Shown here piece by piece: positions 49,981-62,505 of a stretch of DNA of 64,000 nt; within the stretch, counting starts at the first letter, position 1; each line of letters starts with the position of its first letter. Both the position numbers and the translations under genes were made by a program. Where the stretch lies: positions 1,126 to 65,125 of IMG/VR virus record IMGVR_UViG_3300031555_003913. One strand, 5' to 3'. Under the pieces are notes generated by a model. That model ran no database searches, was not told the origin of the DNA, and was given only the letters and a program-made list of their open reading frames with translations. The DNA comes from a virus.

Positions 49981-52900
49981 ATGGGTTTATCTTTTGAAGA
50001 ATCTATGAAGAAGATTCTTGCAGAAAGTGAAGCGGCGGCAGTAGCAGAGCCTGCGACTATGGCAGTTGCGGATTATGGCATTGCGACTGCGGACGTAGGT
50101 ATCATGACGCTAGATGAGGCACCGCTTATCGCTGCTTATTCCGGTGAGGAATCCTGGATGGAAGATACCAATTATCTTCACTATGCAGAATACTCAGATA
50201 ATAATATATCTATAATAGATGACGAAAAAAATATTGCTTTAAACGAAAAGCAATTTAATATAACACAAGAAAGCAATTCTCAATTCATTCCGTTTGAAAT
50301 GCCGAGATATTATGATGGTTTTGACTTATTAAAAGCAAGACTGTTTATTCATTATGTAAATAAAAACGGTGATGAAGATAGAGATGCAGTTGTAAATGTT
50401 ACTTACTCCGATACCAAGATACGTTTTGCTTGGTTGGTTGGTAAGACAGCTACCGCTGTTGAAGGTAAATTAGAATTTGAAATCGAAGCAATTGGAACAA
50501 ATTCTAAAGGCAAAGAATATGTTTGGAAGACTAAGCCGAGCGGAGATCAGTTGAATGTACTCCGCTCTCTTTCTGGCAATGGAATGATTAAGCCGGATGA
50601 AACATGGATTACGAGCTTCTTAACTCAGGTTACTGAGCAGGTTGCAGAGGCTCAGGCAGCGGCTCAAGAAGCTTCAGCGGCGATTTCAACGGTTGAAGAA
50701 TATGCTCGTCAGGCTGCAGATTCTGCAGCAGAAGTTTTGGCAGTAGTTGATACCGCTAAAGCTGACTTAGAGGCTGCCGTTGAGACTGCAGTTGTTGATG
50801 AGGTATCCGCTGCGCTGTTAAATTACTATACTAAGCCAGAAGTCGATAGTATTATTGCTAATATTGATATTTCAGATCAATTAGAAGAACTGCAGAATCA
50901 GATTGATTCTGTGGATGGTTTGGCAAATTTTAATGTTGAATATGATGGCTCCACTATGACTTTTTATAATGGTTCCGCCATCATAAAAGAAATTAAAATA
51001 AATAGCGACCCATCTGTAGAATGGACCACTGCTTATACCGCAGGTGTTGATGAGAAAATCTTAGCCGCTAAAACAGAATCAGCGACCGCATTAGAAGAAT
51101 ATAAGGCCACTGTCAACTCCGACCTGGAAAATATTCACTCTGATATTGATGGTCTGCCAGAAACCCTGGCCACCGATTATTACAATAAGATTGATGCGGA
51201 TGCAAAATTTGCTACGAAAGAGGCTTTAAACACAACCAACACTACTGTATCAGGACTTTCTTCTTCTATAGATACTAATAAGGGCAATATTACTGCTCTT
51301 GGTACTAAAGTTGGAGAACTTGAAACTGCTATTAGCGGTATAGATCAGTCCCCTCGCCTCACTTATGATGCTACTTATAATACCGAGGGTGACTATACCT
51401 TTAAGTTAGAAGAAATTCAAAACGAAGGTGATTCTGATAATGAAGTTCGTACTGTAAAGGCACAGTTTGTCATTCAGGGTGGCAGTGGTGGCTCTACGAC
51501 CAGCAGTGTTTTAAAGATTGAATATATTACTAAAACGCCTTTAGTCGTAACGGCTAATGATAAGGCTGAAATTAAATATAACTTCTCTGGCACTGACTCA
51601 TCTGGTGATGCAGTGATGGAAGGTACTGCTACATGGAAAGTAAATGGAGCTATTGTAGCAACCAATACTGCAGTTGCAGGTGAAAATTTATTTGACATCA
51701 CAAACTATCTTGGTATTGGAACCCAGAAGGTCAATTTAAGTATCACCGATGACGCTGGTAGTTTAGTAACTAAAACTTGGACAGTTCAGAAAGTGGATGT
51801 TCGTCTTGAATCAGATTTCAATGATAAATTAACCTATCCAATTGGGGATATTACTTTAGACTATACACCATATGGCGCGATATCTAAGGATGTTCATTTT
51901 ATTATGGATGGTAAGGAAATTGGTACGGTTACTACTTCCGCTTCTGGTATTCCTATGGGATATACTCTGCCGGTTCAGTCTCATGGTGCGCATTTAGTTG
52001 AAGTATATATGACTGCTACAGTCAATAATAATACGATTGAGTCAAATCATGTACTGAAGGATATTATTTGGTATGATGCTTCTAGTGACGCTCCTGTTAT
52101 TAGTACTGTATATCAAGATTTTACAGCACGTCAATACGATACTACTAATATTATTTATACTGTATATGATCCTGCAACAGAATCCCCTTCTGTTGAATTA
52201 GCAATAGATGGCATTGTAGTATCAAGCCGTAAGTTAGAATCTAACACTCAGACTTGGCAGTTTAAGTCATCTGATGTTGGCACTCATGTACTGACAATTA
52301 CTTGTGGGGAAACAGTTAAGACACTTAAAGCTACCATTGAAAAGATTGATATTAATCTTGAACCTGTAACAGCAGGATTAGTATTTGACTTTAATCCATC
52401 CGGAAAGTCAAATAACGATGCTGATAGACTATGGACGAGCAATGATATTGCAATGACAGTATCTGATAATTTCGACTGGGTAAATGGTGGGTATCAGATT
52501 GATGCCAATGGCGATCAATATTTCTGTATTAAGGCAGGCACATCCGCAGAGATTAATTATAAGCTGTTCGAGGATGACGCTAAGAGAAATGGTAAGGAAT
52601 TCAAGCTAGTATTTAGAACTACAAATGTTGCAAAACCAGACGCTATATTCCTTTCTTGCATAGATAATACTACAGGGTCAGACCATATTGGTATTCAGAT
52701 GGATGTTCATGAGGCTAATATTTATGCTCAGGCAGGTAAATTAGATCTCTCCTACTCTGAAGAAGATATTATTGAGTTTGAGTTTAATATTAGTAAGAAT
52801 ACTGAAGCAATTCCTATGGTGATGGGTTATGAAGATGGTGTATCTACCAGACCTATGGTTTATGATGATTCATACAACTTCACCCAAAATACACCTCAGA

Positions 52901-55900
52901 TTATTAGCTTAGGTTCTGCCGACTGTGACTTACACATCTATAGATTTAAGGTATATAATACATCTCTTACCGCGAGAGGTATTTTAAATAACTTCATCGC
53001 TGATGCACGTAATGCAGAAGAAATGATTTCTCGTTATGAACGTAATCAGATCTACGATGAAAATCAGAACTTAGACCCGGATGTATTGGCTGAAAAATGT
53101 CCGTGGTTAAGAGTATATAAGGTGTCTGCTCCTTATTTTACTAACAATAAGAGTGACAAAGTGCCTGGTACTACTATTCAGCAAATTTATAAGGGTGGCG
53201 ACCCTGTTCTGGATAACTGGACTGCATATAATTCTATGCACTCGGGGCGAACTTCAACTTGCCCCTTGGCTATGGAAACATAGTCATAAGCTTTGCGGAA
53301 GAAAACGGGAATGCTGAAATGCAAATCCGAATGGAAGGCTGTTAGTAACGCAATAGTCACATGCAACGCATAGCAGGTGAACCTGTCATAGACAGAATAT
53401 AATCCTGCCACGAGTCCGCAATACCTAAACGCTAAGGCGCATGGTAAAAAGATATGCTGAACTTATACAAAATAAATAAAAACATATAACACATTTCAAA
53501 TAGTCATCCACGTGATGGCTTTTTTATTTTGCAAAAAATATCCAATAAGGAGGTGTATTGTGATGGAAGAAATTTGGAAACCGATTCAATATGAAGGCTA
53601 TGAAGTTAGTAACTTCGGAAGAATTAAAAGTTATAAATATGATAAAGAGAATGGAAAAATTCTAAAACCGAGTCGTGATACAAAGGGATATTTACAGTTG
53701 GATTTACGTATCGGTGGACGGAAATATGAAAAAAGAGTTCATCTTGCAGTACATAGACTTGTTGCGATGGCGTTTATTCCAAATCCTGAAAATTTACCTC
53801 AAGTAAATCACAAGGACGAAAATAAAGAAAATAATCATGTTACCAATCTTGAATGGTGTACTAATGAATATAACGGTAGATATGGAACGCACGATGAACG
53901 CGTTGCACAAAAACGAAGAAAACCTGTTTATTCTATAGATATTGATGGTAATAGAGAAGATTTTGAAGGATTGAGAGTAGCTGGTAGGGCTATGACAGGC
54001 AATCAAAGCGATTCTGGAAGTCAGATTCGTTATGCTATTACACATCACAGCGCTGCTTATGGAAGACAATGGTTTTACAGATAAAATAATTGAAATGTTT
54101 TTATTTATGCAAGTATAAGAACTATAGGATAAAAAGCCTATAGGATAACAAAATTGAAGGAACGTCCAGTAATAACTATGGAGCTGCAGGCAGAAATCTG
54201 GACTTCATTATGAATAAGTCTGGTATTGAAGGTGTAGATCCATACTTTATTTTAGGTGATGGCAGCAGAGTTACAGAAATTAATATGACTCGTACTTCTG
54301 TTCCAGTTGCTTATTTAAATGCAAAAGTCAATATTGCTTCTTCAAATAATATGACGAATCCGATGTTGGCAAATAGATATAATGAGTTCAACCCTTATAA
54401 GAGAAAGTTTGTCCGTGGCGAAGGTATAGATACAAGCTTCATTAAGGACACCATGGAATTCCATAATTGCGTAATCTTTATTCAGGAGACTAATGAAGAT
54501 TTGTCTACTCATAGAGAATTTGCAGACACAAACTGGCATAAAACAGCGTAAATGTGCCAGTATAAAACCAATTCTAATATACGGCGAAACCCTGATAGGA
54601 CAGGCAACGCCTTGGAAAAAAAGATAAAACATAATAATTAAAATCATAAAAAAGAAGGTGATTTAATGAACGAGATTTGGAAAAATATAGATGATAGGTA
54701 TTCCGTCAGCAATTTAGGCAGAGTCAAGAGTAATTATGCGAATAAAGAAAGAATACTTAAACCAACGCCTGACGTTCGTGGATATTTAAAAGTAGATTTA
54801 AGACACGGAGAAAAACGAAAGGGCATGATGGTTCATAGACTCGTTGCTTTCGCCTTCATTGAAAATCCAGACCCTGAAAATTTCAAAGAAGTCAACCATA
54901 AAGACGAAGATAAGACTAATAATTGCGTTGATAATTTGGAATGGTGTGATACTAAATATAATTGCAATTATGGCACAAGAAATAAAAGAAAGGGCGAGAA
55001 TTGCAAAAAGCGTGTTTGTTCTGTGGACAAAAATGGAAATGTAACTCATTACAGTTCTCGTAATGAAGCGGCAGAATTAATTGGCATAGATGCAGCTAGT
55101 ATTAGCAAATGCTTGAGTTCAAATTTTTCTCAAAATATAACAGCAGGTGGAATGTTATGGTTTTATGATGATGAAAATATAGAACAAATGATTAGAGAAA
55201 ATAACATCAAAGCAAAGCCATTTGAAAAAGCTGTTTATTCTATAGATGTCAATGGAAAAATCGAAAGATATTCCTCTGCATCACAAGCCCATAGAGAAAC
55301 CGGGATTAATAATATAACACGTTCTATTAAAAATAACACTTTGGCAGGTGGTAGACATTGGTTCTACGACAATTAAATAAATATTAAATAAAGATGTTTT
55401 ATATTTTTACCAACAACGACTAAACGAATTGGGCGCGGATAGTTTCCGCGTATGTAATAGTCTGATCTCACGAAATAATCCTATAATCAAGAAACGTGAG
55501 AAGAGAGGTCAAGTGTAAAGACACTTTCGGAAGCACCTCTCTCGCCTGCTTTATGCAGGTATAAATAACTGACTACCGACAGTTATTAGTAACATAATGT
55601 TTTACGCAATCGGTAACATCGGTGACTCTAAGAAGACCGATAAAACTCGTCTGACAGATATCAACGATAAATACGAATGCTGTGTAGAAATCATGGATGT
55701 AGAACTTCCACTGTCTGATTGGCCGGCTAATACTATGTATAATGCCATGGGTTATAAGGTTGATGAAAAGACAGAAGAAAAGATTTACACATGGGCAAAG
55801 GATGAAAATCTTGGTATTCTGCATGAACTTATTGACGGTGAATATGTACTAACTCAGGACGAACATGTTGATTTAACTAAGACTTACTATGTAGATATTC

Positions 55901-58900
55901 TTGAGCATGATGACTTCAGCGAAGATTTCACTTATGGATGGAGATATATCTATGAATGTGATAACGATGAAGAAAATGAGGAAGTTTTTGATTATTGCAA
56001 ACAAAAATGGATCGATCTTTACAGATTTATAACCACGTCTACAGACGATGAATTCAAAGAACACTTTGAAGATTACTTCGTTAAAGATTCTGCGTTGTAT
56101 TATTATCTGTTTACTACGAGATATTGTATGATCGACAACAGAGCAAAGAATTCATTTTGGCATTATGGTAAAACTGGAGAGGTAGATGCAGATGGCAATC
56201 CTATTCGTAAGTGGGACCTGTCATGGGCATACGATTGCGATAGTTCTCTTGGCTTGAACAACTACGGTACTCAAGTATATCGTTATGGCCTCGAAGATAC
56301 CGACGTAGACGAAAACGGTGTTGAGGTATTCAGAGAATCTGACAGTACTTTCTTTAGTAGAGTACGCGACCTCTTCCCTACCGAACTCAAGGTTCTGTAT
56401 AATACTCTTGAATCAAAGAATGCTTGGCACGCAGAAAGTTTCATTAACAAAGCCGATGCATGGCAGAGCGAGTTTCCGGAAGAGCTGTGGAGAATTGATA
56501 TTGAAAGAAAGTATCTTCGTACTTATAATGAATCTTTCATTAATGGTGAAGGTGATTCTCAATTCTTGGTTAATATGGCAAACGGCAAGATGAAATATCA
56601 TCGTCGTCAGTGGGAACGCAGTCAGGAAAAGTACATGGCGTCAAAATATCAGAGCTCTACCGCTTCCTCTGATAATGCGGTATTCCGTTGTACCGTTCCT
56701 ACCGGTGAAGTTGTCGTTCAACCAAATTATAGATTAAAATTAATTCCTTATGCGTACATGTATCTGAATGTTAAATATGGCACTCAAAGCCCTATTCAGT
56801 TACGCGCAGTTCCTAATGTAGAATATGAAATTCCATTTGAAGGGACTTCTGCAGACATTATTGATGTATATAGTGCATCATTAATCCAATCCTTCGGCGA
56901 CCTTTCCACCTGTTATCCTGCTACTGTAGATACCAGTAAAGCGTCGAAAATCAAAGAGCTGATTATTGGTAACAAAACTGATGGGTATGACAATCCAAGT
57001 TTAACTACTTTAACTACAGGTGCAAATTATTTGTTGGAAACTTTGAACGTAGAAAATGTATCTGGTTTAACTCAGGCTTTAAATCTGACAGTATTGAATA
57101 ATTTACGTGAACTTCATGCACATGGATCTAATATTGGCGGCGTTACATTTGCCAATGGTGGTCGTATCGAGATTGCAGAATTACCTGCCATCGGTGCTTT
57201 ATCAATGAAAAATCTGGCATACTTATCAGATTTGAACATTGTTTCTCTTGATAAATTAACAACCGCCACGATTGAAAACTGCAACACTATTGATATTAAA
57301 GTTCTATTAGAGCAAGCCACAAAGCTTAACCGTGTCAGAATAATCGGGATTGATTGGGCACTGGATGACACTTCCCTACTTGAATCTATCTATGATATGG
57401 CCGGTATCGATAAGAGTGGCTATAATATTCCGCAATCTGTATTATCAGGAAAAGTACATGTTCCTGTAATTAGACAGCAGCAGTTATACAATTATCAGCA
57501 AGCTTGGTCTGACCTTGAAATCACGGCAGACACAATCATTGAACAGTTCCCTGTTACCTTTGTAAATGAAGATGGCACAGTTCTGGATGTTCAGTATGTT
57601 GATAAAGGTTCTGATGCTGTTGACCCTATTACAAGAGCTGATAATCCAATTCCTACTCCAACAAAGGAAAGTTCTATTCAGTACGATTACACCTTTGATA
57701 AATGGGATTCTGTGTTAACAGGTATTTTTGCGGAAAGAACGATTACTGCAATGTATGCTGAATCTATTAGATCCTATACTATAAAGTATGTGTCTAAAGG
57801 TGTAACTCTTCAAGAATCTACAGGTTTATACGGTGAAAATGTCATCTATGAAGGCTCTATTCCTACATACACTTTAGAAGAAAGTGCTTATACCTACTAT
57901 TTGTTTAATAGATGGGATAAGAGTGGATTTATTGACGGAGATAAGGTTGTTAACGCAATCTTTGACTCATTTGTATATACCCCTACTGCTTTAGAAGGTA
58001 AGGAATTAGCCGACATGACACCAGTTGAAATTTATGCATTGACCAAGCTTGGACTTGATACGGTTACATCTGTAGACATTCAGGATGGCGATGACTACTC
58101 TTTTACAATTGGGTATGATGTTGATTACGATGATATTGAATCCGTAAACATCATTACAGAAAAGACTACATTTACTGGATCTAATTATATTGATACTGGT
58201 ATTCAGTTGTTTGAAGAAGATAGAGATTTTGTACTGGCTGTTGATTATAAGATGGCTGAAGGCAATACTCTGAATAATGTTCTGATGCAATGTTTCCAGG
58301 CCAATGGATCTAACGGTATTAAGTTATGGTATAACTCTGGCGTAAAGTTTACATGGGGCACTGCCTCTAACGATGCTGCCTATGTTGGTAAGAGAGAAAT
58401 GTTGGTTATCCGCCATAAGAAAGGCGAAAATAATCTAACTATCTACAACTCTAATTTAGATGGCACTACATTTGTAACAGTTGAATTGGAACGTAATAAG
58501 TCTACTTCGACAACAAGTACACTTGTATTTGGCTGTGCAAAAGCAGACGATGGTGCATACGAAAACTATGCAACTGGAGACATATATTGGTGTAAGTTAT
58601 GGTATAAGGATCTCGGAGAAAAAGCATGTGAAAAACTTTCTAGCTGGATTCATGAGGATATTACACTTGAAGTATGTGGATTTAAGAAATATTACTTAAC
58701 TGAAAACCCATCAAAGAGATGTACATTTAGTATGCTAGCAACTCATTTGTTAGATCGTAACAGACGATATAATGCAAACAACAGTAATGTTGGTGGTTGG
58801 GCAAGCTCAGCATTAAATGCATACTTGAATGGTCGGTTATATAATGCACTGCCTGATCAGATGAAGTTATTAATCAAACAGGTTACCGTATCCTCTTCTG

Positions 58901-59211
58901 TTGGCCAGCAATCTACAGAAATTAGTACGTCAGAATGCTATATTACTGTTCCTGCCGTAATTGAAGTGACGAATGATTCAACGTTAAATATAGATCCATA
59001 TATTTATGAGGGCACAACCATCTCATATATGATTTCCAACGATATGAGAAAACGTGCTTATGTGGATGGTAACTACGGTGCTTATTGGCTGCGCTCTCCA
59101 AATGCAGGCTACGCAAATAACTATGTATATCGTGTTGAAAATGATGGTTCTATATACGGATTTAGTAATCCATCAAACTCCCTTGGAGTATTAATTGAAA
59201 TATCTATTTAA
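49981..59211 (+). CDS. Giant tail/adhesin protein with CotH-kinase-like domain, spliced from exons 49981-53248, 54157-54539, 55600-59211 (2420 aa)
   Basis: Junctions HSGQ|GTSSNNYG and NWH|FYAIGN; IDNRAKN...YDCDSSLG; LRR-like and LamG-like regions; YWLRSP C-terminus. Confidence 0.8.
53249..54156 (+). mobile_element. Group I intron Tail-I1 with HNH endonuclease, C-G 5' splice pair
   Basis: P1 GGGGC/GCCCC; P10 CUU/AAG; P7 GCATA/TATGC; terminal G54156. Confidence 0.88.
53563..54084 (+). CDS. NUMOD4-HNH homing endonuclease
   Basis: EIWKPI..YEVSNFGRIK; VHRLVA...VNHKDENKENN...NLEWC. Confidence 0.9.
   Translation: MEEIWKPIQYEGYEVSNFGRIKSYKYDKENGKILKPSRDTKGYLQLDLRIGGRKYEKRVHLAVHRLVAMAFIPNPENLPQVNHKDENKENNHVTNLEWCTNEYNGRYGTHDERVAQKRRKPVYSIDIDGNREDFEGLRVAGRAMTGNQSDSGSQIRYAITHHSAAYGRQWFYR
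54540..55599 (+). mobile_element. Group I intron Tail-I2 with HNH endonuclease inserted before P7 (P6 region)
   Basis: P1 ACUGGCAU/GUGCCAGU; P10 GCGUAAA/UUUACGC; P7 GACTA/TAGTC downstream of the ORF; terminal G55599. Confidence 0.9.
54666..55376 (+). CDS. NUMOD4-HNH homing endonuclease with two NUMOD1-like repeats
   Basis: VHRLVA...VNHKDEDKTNNCVDNLEWC. Confidence 0.9.
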   Translation: MNEIWKNIDDRYSVSNLGRVKSNYANKERILKPTPDVRGYLKVDLRHGEKRKGMMVHRLVAFAFIENPDPENFKEVNHKDEDKTNNCVDNLEWCDTKYNCNYGTRNKRKGENCKKRVCSVDKNGNVTHYSSRNEAAELIGIDAASISKCLSSNFSQNITAGGMLWFYDDENIEQMIRENNIKAKPFEKAVYSIDVNGKIERYSSASQAHRETGINNITRSIKNNTLAGGRHWFYDN

Positions 59212-59217
59212 GTCTAT

Positions 59218-59243
59218 GAGGGTGTCATCAAGACACCCTCTTT
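59218..59243 (+). terminator. Intrinsic terminator
   Basis: GAGGGTGTC/GACACCCTC then TTT. Confidence 0.55.
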
Positions 59244-59255
59244 ATCTATAAAGAG

Positions 59256-59579
59256 GTGCATAGAATGTTCTGGAAAGTTTTATACAATGGCAGGGTCATC
59301 GATGTACTGAACGAATTAGTGTATTTAAAATATCAGGAAAAGCACAATCGTATGATTTTTTCTGATGAAGAAGATGCACAGGCGATCTTTTCATCTGACC
59401 GAACTAAAATTTGGCACGAAGAAACATTATATAACATTCCTGTGCCGGGATATGACACTGTCCGTATTGAACCAATTGATGAATATGAATATCGTCAGTT
59501 AAAAATTCTCGATGGCAAAACACCACAAGAAATTATTGACGCTTTTGTACTTGAATTGTTAAAGGACGGGATGTTATAA
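59256..59579 (+). CDS. Hypothetical tail-associated protein
   Basis: ORF following the giant tail gene. Confidence 0.65.
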   Translation: MHRMFWKVLYNGRVIDVLNELVYLKYQEKHNRMIFSDEEDAQAIFSSDRTKIWHEETLYNIPVPGYDTVRIEPIDEYEYRQLKILDGKTPQEIIDAFVLELLKDGML

Positions 59580-59720
59580 ATGAGACAGGTTGTGGAATCA
59601 TTATGGCGGTTACTTAATGAAGCACACGCTATTGAAAAGACTATAATCATTGAGCTTTTCGAAGAAGGCCAAATTACTGAAGAAGAAAAAAATTATATTC
59701 TGAATATTGAATGTATTTAA
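59580..59720 (+). CDS. XkdX-like small protein
   Basis: ...GQITEEEKNYIL motif; 46 aa. Confidence 0.55.
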   Translation: MRQVVESLWRLLNEAHAIEKTIIIELFEEGQITEEEKNYILNIECI

Positions 59721-59798
59721 AATAGTTTAATCGGAGACTGTGAGGCTTAAACGTCCTTGTAGTCTTCTTTTTTTATATTTCTAAGGAGGAAGATATAT

Positions 59799-60782
59799 AT
59801 GGCTAATATGTCAAAATCTGCTTTCGGTTCCAAGGAAAATATCGAAACCGCTAAGGCGGCTGGCGCAATTGATGCGTATGATATTTTATATCTGGACAAC
59901 CAGGAAATTGGTTGGATTAACAAAGAAGGCGAAACTGTAATCTCCACTACTAGAACACAGAATGACATCGAAGTAAATGGTGTTACAGGTCTGGGTATTG
60001 GTAATGGTGAAACAATTCCTGCTGGCACATCTGTAGATGATATCGTAAAGATGCTTGTGCAGAAGGCTGTTCCTGCAACTTACACAAAGCCTACAATTGC
60101 ATTGGCAAATAACGGCGGTCAGGCTGCTGGTAACGTTGAAGCAGGTTCTTCTATTACCCCTAAGCTAAAGGCTACTTTCACAAAGAATGATGCTGGTGCT
60201 TTATCTGCAATTTCTATTAAGAAGGGTACTGATAGCGTTGCAGATGGAACCGCGTCTCCGCTTACCTATGACGGAGAAGCTATTGTGATTGGAGATGAAA
60301 CTATTTCCTTTACTGCTTCTGCGACTTATGGAGATGCGCCAGTAAAGAATAACAATCTTGGCCAGGAATCTAAGGAAAATTGGTTTGCTGGTGGCACTAT
60401 TAGTTCTAGTGCTTATTCTATTACTGGTAAGAGAAATCTGTTCTACGGTACTGGTGTGGGCGCAGTTCCTGCTCTGACTTCTAGCGTAGTTCGTGGTTTA
60501 GCCAATAAAAAGTTAGCACCGACTCAGGGTTACAGCTTTAATGTTAATGTAGCAGTAGGCCAGCAGTATATTGTTTTTGCATACCCTGCTGATCTGAGAG
60601 ATGTTAACAATGTAACTTATGTTGAAGCAAATGACGGCGGTATGGCAGGCAACTTTACCAAGACCACTATGGATGTTGCTGATGCTCGTGGCGGCGAAAA
60701 TGGAATGAAGTCTTATAAGGTTTATACTTATGCTATGGCGGTTCCAGCTGCAGCAACTATGACATTTAAGGTAACTATTTAA
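59799..60782 (+). CDS. Virion structural protein (beta-rich)
   Basis: Strong RBS; highly biased codons. Confidence 0.65.
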   Translation: MANMSKSAFGSKENIETAKAAGAIDAYDILYLDNQEIGWINKEGETVISTTRTQNDIEVNGVTGLGIGNGETIPAGTSVDDIVKMLVQKAVPATYTKPTIALANNGGQAAGNVEAGSSITPKLKATFTKNDAGALSAISIKKGTDSVADGTASPLTYDGEAIVIGDETISFTASATYGDAPVKNNNLGQESKENWFAGGTISSSAYSITGKRNLFYGTGVGAVPALTSSVVRGLANKKLAPTQGYSFNVNVAVGQQYIVFAYPADLRDVNNVTYVEANDGGMAGNFTKTTMDVADARGGENGMKSYKVYTYAMAVPAAATMTFKVTI

Positions 60783-60802
60783 TTTATAGGAGGTAAGAAA
60801 AT

Positions 60803-62485
60803 ATGGCTACAATTGATAGCAAGAATTTACTCGTATGGGTAAAGGCGATGTCAAGAGGTCAGGCTTTACCTCTGGACGCATCTGAAGTTCATGATAGTTT
60901 TGCAGCTGCGGAAACTTATGCCGCTTCTGCAACAGCTTATGCCGGTCAGACTATTAAGGCTCTGATGGATGATGGTAAGTATCATGAATATATTATTCAG
61001 CCAACGGCATCAGGTTTTACTCTGGAAGAAGTCGGTGCAATTAAAGAATCCGATCTGAAACAATATGTTCAGGTTGTTGAAGCTCTGCCTGAATCCGGTC
61101 AGGAAGAAGGGGTTCTGTATATTGCTGATACTACTGGTTCTATTTGGACAGGTTCTGCTTGGAAAGAAGTATTCCATGATGTAACCGCTGATATTGAAGC
61201 ATTAGAAGAAGCTATTGGTGACGAAACTAAGGGTCTGACTAAGGCAGTAGCAGATAATAAAGCTGCTATTGATGCTGAAAAGGCCGCAAGAGAAGCCGCT
61301 GATAAAACTAACGCCGATGCTATTGCAGCTGTTGACGCTAAGTTTGGTACTCTGACTGAAGGTAAGACAGTTGCTGAAATGATTGCTGATGCTCAGTCTG
61401 CTGCTACTTATGATGATACTGCATTATCTGGTCGTGTTAAGACTATTGAAGATGATTATCTGAAAAAGGCTGACAAGGATGAACTAGCTGGCAATATCAA
61501 GACTAATGCAGATGCAATTGCTGCAGTTAAGGAAGATGTAGATACATTCTTCAAGGATGCTGATCTGACTGAATCCGCAAAGGATACTCTGAAGGAAATT
61601 CAGGAATATATGAACTCCGATGCTGGTGCGGCAGCTGAAATGACTGCATCTATTCAGAAGAATGCTCAAGATATCAAGGCTATTAGCGATGATTATCTGC
61701 AGTCTTCTGATAAGACTGAGCTGCAGGGCAATATTGATGCACTGTCTGAAATTGTAGAAGGCAAGGCAGATGCAGAACATGGCGTACACGTAACTTATTC
61801 TGATGCCGCTCCTGAAATGGATGGAGAAGCTTCTGCTGGTGTATCTGAAGCCGTTGCACGTGCTGACCACAAGCATCCGGTTGATACTTCTCGTGCTTCT
61901 AAGTCTGAATTCGATACTCATGTTGGCGATGCTGTTGCTCATCTGACTGAAGCTGAGCATGTTAAGTTAACTGGTATCGAAGAAGGCGCAGAAGTAAACG
62001 TAATTGATTCTGTTGATGAAAACGAATTTATTATCGAAGATCGTAAGCTGAGTATTCTGCAGATTGCTATGAACAAGATTACTGGTCTTGTGGAAGCACT
62101 TGCAGGAAAGGCAGATAAAGCTACTACTCTGGCTGGTTATGGCATTACAGATGCTTATAATAAGACCGAGATCGATGGCTCTCTGCAGACAATTACCGAT
62201 AATTTAAATACCAAGATTTCTGCCGCTGACGTAGATACTAAGATTGCTGAAGCTAAAGAAGAAACTCTTGAAGAAGCAGCAACAGCATCTGATGCCGCTC
62301 TGGAAGCAAGAATTGGTGCCATCCCTGAAGATACAACTATTCAGTCTTACATTGATACCGCTATTGGTTCTGGTGGTACAGCGAGTGCGCAGGCAATCGC
62401 TCAGGCAAAACAGGAAGCAATCAACACTTCCAACACTTACACAGACACTCAGATTGCGGAAGCACTGACTATTACTGAATTTTAA
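60803..62485 (+). CDS. Fibre-like coiled-coil virion protein
   Basis: Ala/Asp-rich; ARADHKHP, KLTGIEEGAEVN and TTLAGYGITDAY fibre motifs. Confidence 0.7.
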   Translation: MATIDSKNLLVWVKAMSRGQALPLDASEVHDSFAAAETYAASATAYAGQTIKALMDDGKYHEYIIQPTASGFTLEEVGAIKESDLKQYVQVVEALPESGQEEGVLYIADTTGSIWTGSAWKEVFHDVTADIEALEEAIGDETKGLTKAVADNKAAIDAEKAAREAADKTNADAIAAVDAKFGTLTEGKTVAEMIADAQSAATYDDTALSGRVKTIEDDYLKKADKDELAGNIKTNADAIAAVKEDVDTFFKDADLTESAKDTLKEIQEYMNSDAGAAAEMTASIQKNAQDIKAISDDYLQSSDKTELQGNIDALSEIVEGKADAEHGVHVTYSDAAPEMDGEASAGVSEAVARADHKHPVDTSRASKSEFDTHVGDAVAHLTEAEHVKLTGIEEGAEVNVIDSVDENEFIIEDRKLSILQIAMNKITGLVEALAGKADKATTLAGYGITDAYNKTEIDGSLQTITDNLNTKISAADVDTKIAEAKEETLEEAATASDAALEARIGAIPEDTTIQSYIDTAIGSGGTASAQAIAQAKQEAINTSNTYTDTQIAEALTITEF

Positions 62486-62505
62486 AATAAAATGGAGGTT
62501 CGCAC

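Noticed and set aside
59050-59211. Diversity-generating retroelement
   Set aside because: No reverse transcriptase or template repeat is seen in the window.
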